Assembly (NCBI RefSeq): GCF_000143415.4
Contig: NW_003314266.1
Location: 4,084,229-4,135,178 of the forward strand
From: Selaginella moellendorffii
Taxonomy: Eukaryota > Plantae > Lycopodiophyta
DNA: 50,950 nt
Direction: 5' to 3'
This document shows, in pieces, positions 12,675 through 22,697 of the stretch. Position 1 is the first letter of the stretch; each line of letters opens with the position of its first letter. The notes under the pieces were generated by a model. That model did no database searches and had not been told where the DNA came from. It saw nothing but the letters and a program-made list of their open reading frames with translations. The position numbers and the translations under genes were made by a program.

Positions 12675-13032
12675 TCCATCTCGACTGGGCTTGAGCGTGA
12701 ATCCATGCATCTGAGAGGAAGCTCTCGGTAGATTTGATGAACGAGAGAGAATCATACCTTCTTCCCAGAGTACGCGTTCAGCAAATAGAGAAGCCTAATT
12801 TTGCCACTAGCGACTTCCACGGTATCAACACCCACGAGACGGAGTTTAAAACACTCGATGCAATCACGTCATACCTTATCAAAAGACCTTACGTCCCTAC
12901 GTCAAACAGCTTGATTTCTCAACTAGGCCTTGCTGAAGACGGTCTGAGAAAGTTCCGAAAGAAAGGAAAGAGGCTTTTCTTACTTCGCAAACGTTGCTGC
13001 GCAGATGCCACAACCGGACAGTGTGATCCAAT
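12675..13032 (-). pseudogene. Internally deleted partial copy of the WDR82-like gene
   Basis: Nucleotide matches to 15555-16050 (MHGFTLKPSRDG; DHTVRLW.LRSNVC), including intron pieces, with blocks missing. Confidence 0.8.
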
Positions 13033-13062
13033 TACATGAACGAATCGTTCTTCGGAGACACT

Positions 13063-13390
13063 TCACGACCAAGCACTCCATTGCCTTTTCGTAGAAGACG
13101 TCCTGGGAAGATTCGTAACCAGAATTACTCCAGGTTGCTGCCTGTTGACAACTCATCGTCAGACACTCTAAAGCGCGGCACAGTACGAAGGAATGGATGA
13201 ACCTAGTGGTGAGGAAACTCAGCACACAGCATGGACAAAAGGAGTTTGTAACAGAAGTCTCGGCTCTGGGAAACATAAGCCGCTTCCGATGCTTCAGAAG
13301 GCTGCTCGTCTACGAGCTCATGTCCAATGGTTCCTTGGAACAGATGGATTTTTTTCACTAGCAAGAACAAACTGGACTGGAAACTTCGAT
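13063..13390 (+). pseudogene. Internally deleted fragments of the 19625-22171 receptor kinase
   Basis: Colinear short matches to 20888-21510, e.g. TTTTCGTAGAAGACGTCCTGGGAAG and GAAACTCAGCACACAGCATGGACAAAAGGAGTTTGTAACAGAAGTCTCGGCTCTGGGAAACATAAGCC. Confidence 0.85.
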
Positions 13391-13638
13391 AGGACAAGCT
13401 TTACTTTATCACGATCACAAAGAACAACACCAGATCGCTCAAGTGTGTCAACGTGTGGGATTCACACGGCAAGGTGGCGACTTTGGCAACGTGGACGAGT
13501 CTTCCCATGGGCTTGCATCAAGAAACATACAATGGATGCCGGAATAATAACTCCTCACTTGTTTACTGCGCGGGTAAGTTTCTTCTTTTTCTTTTGTGAT
13601 TTCTACATGTTTGTGATTACTGAGTTTCAGGAAAGCTG

Positions 13639-13983
13639 GTGCTTGCAAACTTGATTCCAGACAGTGTCGATACACAAACCCAAGTTGGTTTTGTCTATCT
13701 GGATGAAGCATCCAGACAGTGGCAACCCTTGGCAACTATGCCTAGAGAGATTATGCCGGCAGAGCTTAGAAAAGTTGGGCTGCGAGCAGGCAATATGCAT
13801 GAGTGGAGTTTGATAGTGGCGGGAGGGGAGACGGAGATCACCTTGTTCATAACTCACTTAACGTTCGGTTGGGGTTGCACTTACAGTAAAGAAACCGGTA
13901 TCTGGCGACCAGCTTGTGGCCTAAGGTCCGAAGGTGGTATGCTGTATCCTTTCAAGCCATCATTCCATCCAGTCTCCATTTAG
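13639..13983 (+). pseudogene. Possible C-terminal beta-propeller (F-box/kelch-associated) fragment
   Basis: YLDEASRQWQPLATMPRE and YSKETGIWRP resemble kelch-type Y-D...W motifs; preceded by an intron-like GTAAG...CAG. Confidence 0.35.
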
Positions 13984-15039
13984 TTAGAATCATCATACTC
14001 AAGGTGTCATGTAATTTAAGAATGAGTATGGGAGGTGAAGAAAATTTATAAAAACTTTTTTTCCAAACGAATATCCTAAATAAATATTTATTTTTTAATA
14101 CAACATTTTTTTTCCAAGTTTTATTGTGAGAAACAGCTCCCCAAATTCACGAAGGTAATTGCCCAGATATTTCATGTCATTAAACAAAACTCCACGACCT
14201 TGCAAAAGTTCTCTTACAACCATCTTGCGACGGGCAGCCTCCAATTCATCTTCAAACGGATCTGATCGTAAGGTTCTGGCTTGGCATAGAGCAAGTTCAT
14301 TTCTTATCCCCAGGTTTGTTCTTACCACCTTTTCTTGAAGAATGGATTTAAATCCAGAGCGACACTCACACTGGGCTGAAATTTGGTATTGATTTCTGTT
14401 AGAAATATTATCTATCAAAACACACCCGATTATCAATCTCTACCAGGTAGGTACATGGCTTTTTATTTTTCTGGTACTGGTCACTTTTTCCTTCCATATC
14501 AGCCAGCTGGAGTTGTGGCTATAGAACGTATTGTGCTGAGAGAAATCTGCAGAATGCCAATGAAGTTATACAGCGTTTGCCATGGACAGTTCGATCATTA
14601 AGCTTGGGAAAGCTTGGGAAATACATTTTTCTATGGGGATGGAGTGGTTTTGCGCTGCTCTTTGTGTTTGCGTTGGAGAAAAAATTTTATGGGATGCCTC
14701 TGGTGGAACCAAAGAGGATCTCTGCCAAAGAAGGAGATTTCGGAAGAGTCATTAGTGAGAGACATTATCAAACTCAGTATCAGCCCAGCAGCACCATTGC
14801 TGGCATTTGAGTGCTCCTAAACCAAAACCAGAGCCTGGTTTAGGCTCCACCACGGTAACCATCCCGACAAGACCACCTTCGGGCACGAATTTTATCGGAA
14901 ACACAGCTTGAGAAGCAAGGGTCTTGATTTATTCTGGCGTGCTGATCTTGGTAGCATTTGTTCGATTGGCCTTAAGAATTTGAGGTCCGAACAAATCAAG
15001 AGACCTCTGGAAGTTTGGCAGTGCTCATATTATTGTTTC

Positions 15040-15187
15040 ATCGTGTTCTTGTGTGAGATGGCAAAGTATACAACACTCATATTCGTCGTGCTTTACTACA
15101 TGCTTGGGTACTCTTGACAAACTGGATACTTTCTTCCGGTTACGTTCTTCACCACCTTTCCTATCTAAGACTAATAAGACTACAAGC
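15040..15187 (+). repeat. Short duplicated segment (second copy ~22590-22697), possibly an ABCG/PDR membrane-domain fragment
   Basis: VVLYYMLGYSWQTGYF in both copies. The copia LTR at 22698 is inserted right after ACAAG of the second copy. Confidence 0.45.
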
Positions 15188-15220
15188 TCTCTTTGATTAA
15201 CATACCTGACCAACATCCTT

Positions 15221-16482
15221 TTACAATTTGGACACGTCGGGTATCCAAAACGCTAAAACATATGAGGCAGTCGCAAACATGAGCCTTCGCGGAGCCCATT
15301 TCACCACGGCAGGAATTCCAGCGTTGTTCGTCCAGCACGCTACCTGGAATTCAATCAAAATAAGTCTTTTTTTTCCTCTTATTTAGCACGAGAATATCTC
15401 TCACCTCTGCATTGCTTAAGGAGCTCCATATTCTCAAACTTCCATCCCCGGAGCCTGAGATTCAATACTTATAGCTATCAGGAACTGATACAAACGAATG
15501 TTACCTGAGATAACATAGCGACCGTCTGGACTGAACGATGCTTCCAACGTTTCTCCGTCTCGACTGGGCTTGAGCGTGAATCCATGCATCTGGGAAGGAG
15601 CTCTCGGTATAGACTTAACGAGCGAAAGAGAAGTTTACCTTCTTTCCAGAGTAGGCATCGAGCAAATACACCCGGCTGTTTGTTGTGGAGAGAAGCATCA
15701 TTTTGCCATCGTTGCTAAACTTCATGCCAGCGACTTCCACGGTATCACCACCCACGAGAAAAGTGTCAAAAGGTCCCTGAAGCATTCGTTCGGACTTTCA
15801 TAAAATTATTGGAGAATCAATCACATCTTACCTTGTCGAAAGACCTTCCGTCAAACAGCTTGATTGCTCCGCCTTCCATGCAAACAGCAAATACCAGGCC
15901 TTGTTGATCATACGCCACAGACAGTCTTCCCCGGACTCTAAGAAGACCCTGAAATCATGGAAATGCTCTCTGGAAGAAAACGCAAGGAAAGAGTTTTTCT
16001 TACTTGGCAAACATTGCTGCGAAGATCCCACACCGGACAGTGTGATCCAATGACCCAGACATGAAATAAGCATGGCCTTGGGTTGCTCCAAAGACTCACC
16101 TTTGCGTGTGTCCTCTGAAATATCGTAGAAATCTATTATCATACAACAATAGATACCGCAAGGACTCTGGAAACAAAGAAAGAACCTCAAACACACGAAA
16201 AAACGTTCTCTCTTACCATCACTTCCATTGCTGGAGGAAAAAATCACAGCATTGGTATGATGCGTGAAACATATGTGATCCACGCCATATCTTGCACTGT
16301 AGAGAGTCTTCATGGGCCTGGATGGAGCAAAGAAAAGGAAACTTGAAACCTCCCAAGAGCTCGGGGGAAAAAATCACCTACGTCGCACTGGCAGTATCGT
16401 AGAGCCGAATGGACGCGTCCTCCGCGGCAGTCACCATGAGATCCTCCGTGCGATGAAAATCCAAGGAGCTGATCTTCCCCCC
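15221..16482 (-). pseudogene. WDR82: WD40 protein WDR82/SWD2-like (plant APRF1-like), probably a pseudogene
   Basis: Exons GGKISSLDFHRTEDLMVTAAEDASIRLYD; KTLYSARYGVDHICFTHH; SLRYLLLYDNRFLRYFRGH; FMSGSLDHTVR (1-bp frameshift near 16031); GLLRVRGRLSVAYDQQGLVFA; GPFDTFLVGGDT; ...KWAPRRLMFATASYVLAFWIPDVSKL*. Short GT-AG introns; first exon not found. Confidence 0.85.
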
Positions 16483-16744
16483 CTGTGGGACAAGATTGCT
16501 CCTGTAAGTTGATGAAAGACTTTCCATGTTTTGTTCACTCGAACGATGTAAACCGTGTGACTTGCAGGAACTTCGCACTGACGAGCAGGGCATTGCAAAT
16601 TACCAAGGTCTTCCCTTCCAAACCTCTAAAGGACCATGCAAATCAGCAATCGTCAATGGATCAATCAAATGAGAACGCAAAGGTGATCCATATTTCGTGA
16701 GGAAAAAATATTCTATTTACTTTATAATGGATCAAACTCTTCAA

Positions 16745-19276
16745 CTATAGATTGGGCTGGTGTGCTACCATGGCCACACTGACGCTACCACCAAGATGGT
16801 TAGTCGAAGAGAACCGAAGAACTCCCGCAGAACTCAACGCAAACCGGAAGAAGAGAGGCGGCTCCAAAATCTCCTTTCGACCTTCGAGCATCTGGACGAC
16901 TGTATCCATCGGGGGTCTTTGGCTGGGATTATCCTGGATGCACCACAGAGCTACCTGGAGCATACTTTTCACCTCGTCCTCGTCCACACTATCTCGGATC
17001 CTTGTATCCACGACTTTGAGAAACTCTCTCTTGGAGACTCGAGCTACGACCCAGGCCGGGAAGTACCACCACAAAGCTTGTTCCCCCTCGTCCATTGGAG
17101 CTTCAGGACAGTCTTCTCCACCATGGCTGCCAAGCTTGGACAAGTTCCTTCGTCCACCTATGAGCTCCAGCAGCACCATACCATAGCTGTAGACGTCGCA
17201 TTTCTTCGTGGCTACCGAATGTAAGAGCCACTCCGGGGCGAGATATCCTGGAGTTCCTCGAACATCAGTCACGGTGTGGCTTACATCCCGAGTCTTGAGC
17301 AGCTTCGCCATGCCGAAATCGGAGAGCTTGGGACGAAACTTATCGTCTAGAAGGACGTTCTCGGGCTTGATGTCGAGATGGATGATCAGCTGCCGCGATT
17401 CCTCGTGCAAGTAAGCCAGGCCTTGAGCTACTCCCAAGGCAATATCGCGGCGGCTCTGCCAGCCCAAGCATCGGTCTTCGAACAGCCACTTATCCAAGGA
17501 TCCATTCACCACGTACTCGTAGACGAGCATGAGCTGGTTCTTCTCGGAGCAAACGCCATAGAGCTGGACAACATTGTGGTGGCTTATCCGTCCCAGCGAG
17601 GCCATCTCCGCGAGAAATCCCCTGTCACTCTGGTTCCGGTTCTCCAGGCGCTTGACCGCCACCTTTCTCCCGTCCGCCAGAGTCCCTTCATAGACGGTTC
17701 CAGAGCCGCCTTTACCAAGGCTCGAAGCGAAGTTCCCAGTCGCCACCTCCAGCTCCTTGTATGTATACTTCTGAGCCGAGCCTTGCAGTGCCAGAGCCAA
17801 AGCACGCTCAACTTTGTCAAGCCTGTGCTTCCAGATCATCAGCACGACCAAGCCGAGAGCTGATAGTAGGACCACGCTCGCAGCAATGCTGACTCCAAGC
17901 AAAACGGTGCGATCCTTGGGCTTCTTCCGCACGAAAAGCTCTGCGTTTTGCAGCTTGAGGAAGCCATCGAAGTTGGGATCCCTGGCGAGGCCTCCATACA
18001 TCCGGTCGACGAAGAAACAGGTGCTCGACTGCTTGTTGTAGAAGAGTGCGGTGCAGGAGCAATTCGCTAGGCACAAGCTCCAGCACTCGCTCAAGGTGGA
18101 AACTCTGTCGGCCTTGGTGTAATTGTTGGAGAAGTAGCCGGCTCCACTCACGTTGAGAAAGTGGTGGTTCTCGGCCTCGACTTCGTGGTTGCAAACGAGA
18201 GGTATGCTGCTCGGACTTGGGCAAGTTTGCTCCTGATGGCCACTCTGGTCTTGGACTATACAGCTGCACTGAGCGTTCCCAGAGCAAACGCTGTTCGATT
18301 CGCATGCCATCGGGAGGCAACCTCCAAGTCTGTTCCTCATGAACGGCGGACCCTGTTCCCACGAAGCTCGTCCGGAGTTGTAGGTGTAAGGAACCAGCTT
18401 CCCATCGTTTTCGAGTTTGAGATACTGCCAGTCATCGCTGCTGTTCCCGAGTACTGCTGTGAGAGGAACGCTGCAGAGCTGGGAAGGGTTGCTCGTCGAT
18501 GGCTGGTACGATAGTCTCAGCTGGCCAGCGGAATACTCGAGCTCTGTGTGATAAGTCGGGCATGGTGCGTTGATGGAAGTCTCGTCCGCTGGCAAGTTTC
18601 CATTGTATAAGTTCCAAACCAAGTAAGGCTGTCTTGTGTCCCGGCTGAGAAAAAAGATGAGGCCGCTCGGCTCAACTTCCATCTTGATGTTCCCGCTAGC
18701 AAGACTTGATGAATTGGCGCTGCTGATAAGTCTCTGCTTAGTGACCATGACTTGTCCTTCTAAAAGGATATCTGTAGGATTGTCGAAGCTCTGCCAGGAG
18801 ATCCCACCCGTGGAGTTGTAGAGGACAAAGTTCCCAGTGTCTCGAAGCTCCATCTCAGAAACTCCACCAGGAGAACTCCATACAACCTTCCCATCCCAAT
18901 CGGCAACTTCCAGAGCTCCCTGATCGGTCACACGAACGGTAGCATTTTCTGTCACAGGACTGTCCCGGTTTGCAGCCCAGACGCAGACGCCAGAGTTCGT
19001 GTTGTTGCTGGAGCCAAGAACCAAAGCAAAGTAGAACTCGGCCGAGTTGTGGAATCGAAAGAAAGCCAAGCCAAATCTTCCGCTCTGGCTCAGGAGGGGA
19101 CTGTCACCTGCTTGGAGCAGCCGATAACTGGCATTGGACTGTGATCCTTGCAGTTCCAGAAGCTGATTGTTGTTCGTTACTTCCCAGCCGTGTGATAGAC
19201 TGTAGTTCCTGCCGTGCACACGAAAGAGAATTGTCATCAGCTGAAAGAAAGCGACCAAAAAAATCTTCATAGCCAT
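16745..19276 (-). CDS. G-type (bulb) lectin S-receptor-like Ser/Thr kinase, SD2-type, intronless
   Basis: 843 aa: signal peptide, B-lectin (VWAANRDSPV, WQSFDNPTD), PAN (CLANCSCTA), TM, kinase GKGGSG, VAVK, HLDIKPEN, DFG, GTPGYLAPE. Confidence 0.95.
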   Translation of the reverse strand: MAMKIFLVAFFQLMTILFRVHGRNYSLSHGWEVTNNNQLLELQGSQSNASYRLLQAGDSPLLSQSGRFGLAFFRFHNSAEFYFALVLGSSNNTNSGVCVWAANRDSPVTENATVRVTDQGALEVADWDGKVVWSSPGGVSEMELRDTGNFVLYNSTGGISWQSFDNPTDILLEGQVMVTKQRLISSANSSSLASGNIKMEVEPSGLIFFLSRDTRQPYLVWNLYNGNLPADETSINAPCPTYHTELEYSAGQLRLSYQPSTSNPSQLCSVPLTAVLGNSSDDWQYLKLENDGKLVPYTYNSGRASWEQGPPFMRNRLGGCLPMACESNSVCSGNAQCSCIVQDQSGHQEQTCPSPSSIPLVCNHEVEAENHHFLNVSGAGYFSNNYTKADRVSTLSECWSLCLANCSCTALFYNKQSSTCFFVDRMYGGLARDPNFDGFLKLQNAELFVRKKPKDRTVLLGVSIAASVVLLSALGLVVLMIWKHRLDKVERALALALQGSAQKYTYKELEVATGNFASSLGKGGSGTVYEGTLADGRKVAVKRLENRNQSDRGFLAEMASLGRISHHNVVQLYGVCSEKNQLMLVYEYVVNGSLDKWLFEDRCLGWQSRRDIALGVAQGLAYLHEESRQLIIHLDIKPENVLLDDKFRPKLSDFGMAKLLKTRDVSHTVTDVRGTPGYLAPEWLLHSVATKKCDVYSYGMVLLELIGGRRNLSKLGSHGGEDCPEAPMDEGEQALWWYFPAWVVARVSKREFLKVVDTRIRDSVDEDEVKSMLQVALWCIQDNPSQRPPMDTVVQMLEGRKEILEPPLFFRFALSSAGVLRFSSTNHLGGSVSVAMVAHQPNL

Positions 19277-19344
19277 GAACCATGAAGCAGAATGCGCTAG
19301 CTATTTTTGTATCTATAGAACGGGAGCGGTCCATTCACTTGATC

Positions 19345-19537
19345 CATTCATATTCATACTTCTTACACTTATTCCAGTCTCGAGTACCAACTGTTCCAAA
19401 AGTTCGATTAGTCCTTTGCTGGAACAGAAGTCTAGTCTCCATGGCTCATTCATATTCATACTTCTTCCACTTATTCCAACCTGTACCCAAAAGTTCGATT
19501 AGTCTTTGCTTGAACAGAAGTCTAGTCTCCATGGCTG
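19345..19537. repeat. Two-copy ~95-bp tandem repeat in the shared promoter of the two kinases
   Basis: CATTCATATTCATACTTCTT...CAGAAGTCTAGTCTCCATGGCT occurs twice. Confidence 0.85.
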
Positions 19538-19624
19538 CAGTCTATCCTTCAAGACTTTTCCAAGTCTTGAAAGTAAGGACTTACGTCTCGTATAAGCAGG
19601 TGTTCTCAATGCAGAACGGCAGCA

Positions 19625-22171
19625 ATGCAAAAGCAAAAGGTTTCACAGGTTGCTAAGGCGTTGTTCCTGGAACTAATAATGCTCCTCACAGTTACTTCTG
19701 AAGGGAAGTTGTACACGATACCTGATAAATGGCGCATTTTCATGAACAACAGTCTCCCAGAATTCCAAGGCGATGGCAGATCCGGGAGTTATCGCCTGGT
19801 GAGTGCTCTTCCAAAGGATAACCCTTCTAGCCGGCCAGAATCTCTACGCAGCGACGATGAAAACTTGGGCTTAGCATTCCTCAACTTCAATGGATCAAAC
19901 AAGTATTACCTGGCACTGATGTTTGGCACTCGCAACTCTTCCACAGCAGCTCCCGTCTGGCTAGCCAACCGGAACACTCCAGTGTCAGGAAATTCAATGC
20001 TCGCTAAAACAGATGGTCGCTTACAGCTCCTGGATGCAAATGGTTCCGTGGCATGGTCTCCAAGCGAAAGCGTTGCCTATATCGGCATTCAGAATTCCGG
20101 GAACTTGCAGCTCTTCGATGAATCTGAGACCCCGGTATGGAGTTCCTTTGATCGCCCATGGAGCGCACTGATGCCAAACCAGAAGCTAGTAACTGGACAG
20201 TCAGTTGTGAGTAACAAAAACGCCTCAGACCCCAGCGAAGGCTCGTATATCGCAGAGATACAGGCCAGTGGATCAGTCGGATACATGAGCATCGGTTCCA
20301 AGAAAAAGCAGCCTTACATGTTGTGGAGCTTCGTCGGATCACAAATTGGCTCGCCCAGTGTAACCTGCCCAGGATATCGAACTGCTCTTTCATTCACGCC
20401 AGCAGGAGAAATGAGCATGGTATACGAACCTCTTCGTGTTGGTGGTAACGAACAGCCGTGTGGCTCTCCACTGTCCGGGGAAATATTCCCAGGGAACACC
20501 ACAATGAGGTATTTCCAGCTTGCCGATGATGGGACCATGGTTTCATACAGGCGAGAGTTGGCAAATGGAAGCTGGGAGCTCGATAGCACGAGTCAGTTCT
20601 TTCCACCGCCAGCGCCATGCGGGAGCTATGGGCTGCTCGAGAAAGGAAAGCAGTGTCAGTGCCTGACCAACGAAGCAAACAACTCTACTACCTCAGCACT
20701 TGGAAGTTGTGCCCAGCCAGAATGGTCTTCTCTTGCAAACTGCAGCTCCAGGTACGAGACCGACTTTGTAACACTCGCAGGTGCATCGTACTTCGCCAAC
20801 ACTTTCAACCCTCCCGATAGAACAGGCGCTGCAATGCAAGATTGCTTCGAGCAATGCAAATCCACTTGCTCCTGTGCGGCGTTCTTTTTCGACCAGGCGC
20901 TCCAGAATTGCTTTTTCGTAGAAGACGTCCTGGGAAGCTTGACGGTAGACTCGAACAAGACTCAGCAACTGTTCGGCTTTCTGAAGTACCAGAATTACTC
21001 CAGGTTAGTGCCTGTTGACAACTCATCGTCAGACACTCCAAAGCTCCTAGTGATCGGAATTACCTCTGGAGGAGCTGCTGTAGCCATTGTAACTTTTGCG
21101 TTCCTTTTCACGATCCTGCATCGAAGGAGGGTCATGCTCAAGGAACTAAACAGTTTCCTTACCGGTGTACAAGCTTCGCCTTACAGGTTCTCGTTCAGCA
21201 GCCTATACTCTGCAACAAAAGGATTCACAAAGGTTTTAGGAAGCGGAGGTTGCGGCACAGTGTACGAAGGAATGCTTCACAACGGGATGAAGCTGGCAGT
21301 GAAGAAACTCAGCACACAGCATGGACAAAAGGAGTTTGTAACAGAAGTCTCGGCTCTGGGAAACATAAGCCACATCAACATTGTCAAACTCTATGGCTTC
21401 TGTGCCGATGCTTCACACAGGCTGCTCGTCTACGAGCTCATGCCCAATGGTTCCTTGGACAGATGGATTTTCTCCGACAACAAGGACAAACTGGACTGGA
21501 AACTTCGACACAGCATTGCCCTCGACACTGCTCGAGGACTGGCCTACTTGCACGAGGAATCCAGAGACTCGATCATCCACTTGGATATCAAGCCACAAAA
21601 CATCCTCCTGGGTGACAAGTTTGAGGCCAAAGTCGCAGACTTTGGCATGGCGAAGCTACTCATGGACAGAGATCAAAATGGAGTGGTCACTGGAGTGAGA
21701 GGAACTCCAGGATATCTAGCTCCAGAGTGGCTGCTACACTCAACAGCGACCAAGAAATGCGACGTCTACAGCTATGGAATGGTGCTCCTGGAGCTCATTG
21801 GCGGCAGGAAAAATCTAGACTGCTCCAAGATGGAGTCGCCACTGAGCTGGTACTTCCCAGCCTGGGCCATGAGCGAAATCCGGAAAGGGAACACGATGCA
21901 AGTGGTGGATCCGAGCGTCAAGGACTCGGCAGACACAAGGCAGGCAAAGAATATGATCCACATCGCATTCTGGTGCACGCAAGATGATCCAGCAGCTAGA
22001 CCGACAATGGATGCAGTAGTGCGAATGCTGGAGAGCGAGGAGGAGATCGAGGAGCCGCCGCTTACCTTCCAGTTCGATGTCCAAGCGCCTGGAATCCTCA
22101 CCATCACCTCGAGCGGCGACATCGCGACATTCACATACATCACCAAAAACCCTTTAGCCCATGAGCCCTAA
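19625..22171 (+). CDS. G-type lectin S-receptor-like Ser/Thr kinase, SD2-type, intronless
   Basis: 848 aa: B-lectin (VWLANRNTPV, WSSFDRP), PAN (CKSTCSCAA), TM, kinase GSGGCG, LAVK, HLDIKPQN, DFG, GTPGYLAPE. Confidence 0.95.
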   Translation: MQKQKVSQVAKALFLELIMLLTVTSEGKLYTIPDKWRIFMNNSLPEFQGDGRSGSYRLVSALPKDNPSSRPESLRSDDENLGLAFLNFNGSNKYYLALMFGTRNSSTAAPVWLANRNTPVSGNSMLAKTDGRLQLLDANGSVAWSPSESVAYIGIQNSGNLQLFDESETPVWSSFDRPWSALMPNQKLVTGQSVVSNKNASDPSEGSYIAEIQASGSVGYMSIGSKKKQPYMLWSFVGSQIGSPSVTCPGYRTALSFTPAGEMSMVYEPLRVGGNEQPCGSPLSGEIFPGNTTMRYFQLADDGTMVSYRRELANGSWELDSTSQFFPPPAPCGSYGLLEKGKQCQCLTNEANNSTTSALGSCAQPEWSSLANCSSRYETDFVTLAGASYFANTFNPPDRTGAAMQDCFEQCKSTCSCAAFFFDQALQNCFFVEDVLGSLTVDSNKTQQLFGFLKYQNYSRLVPVDNSSSDTPKLLVIGITSGGAAVAIVTFAFLFTILHRRRVMLKELNSFLTGVQASPYRFSFSSLYSATKGFTKVLGSGGCGTVYEGMLHNGMKLAVKKLSTQHGQKEFVTEVSALGNISHINIVKLYGFCADASHRLLVYELMPNGSLDRWIFSDNKDKLDWKLRHSIALDTARGLAYLHEESRDSIIHLDIKPQNILLGDKFEAKVADFGMAKLLMDRDQNGVVTGVRGTPGYLAPEWLLHSTATKKCDVYSYGMVLLELIGGRKNLDCSKMESPLSWYFPAWAMSEIRKGNTMQVVDPSVKDSADTRQAKNMIHIAFWCTQDDPAARPTMDAVVRMLESEEEIEEPPLTFQFDVQAPGILTITSSGDIATFTYITKNPLAHEP

Positions 22172-22697
22172 AATTCAAATACTAATTGAGTTTTTGCATC
22201 TTTTACTAAGAAAATTAGTCAGGACAGAAAAAGCGTCTAAGTGCAAGTTGCCTTTGCTGGTTTTTTTTTCCAATCTCTAGCCACGACATTCCAGTCTTGA
22301 AAAGAACCTCCAAATCTGATAAAAAAAACTAGGAGATTAAAAAAAACACTTTTGTGCATAACTCTTATTTGAGAACGTTCCGAATTTAACAGATACATTA
22401 GTGAACCAGCTCGCACAAATTCTCCTGGGATCGCTCGGCTTGTTGGCATGCAAACTTGGCTCCAACCGAATAAGATTTCCGCAAAAAAGTCTCTTTCATG
22501 TCAAGCTCAAGTTCTGGGAATCAAAAACAACAATCCATTTGCCCACGGTCAGAAAGGTAAGGTTTCCATGCGTACCTAGCATTGTACAGTACATAGCTGT
22601 TGTTCTTTATTACATGCTTGGGTACTCTTGGCAAACTGGATACTTTCTTCCAGTTCCATTCTTCACCACCTTTCCTGTCCAAGACTAAAACCACAAG

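Noticed and set aside
14095-14900. Short ORFs at 14095-14436, 14383-14601 and 14577-14820
   Set aside because: Possibly gene remnants, but I could not recognise a family or a consistent splice model.
15221-16482. Functional link between the WDR82-like gene (a Pol II CTD binder) and the transposon FCP1-like gene
   Set aside because: The WDR82 copy is outside the TIRs, ~20 kb away and frameshifted; the proximity is probably coincidental.
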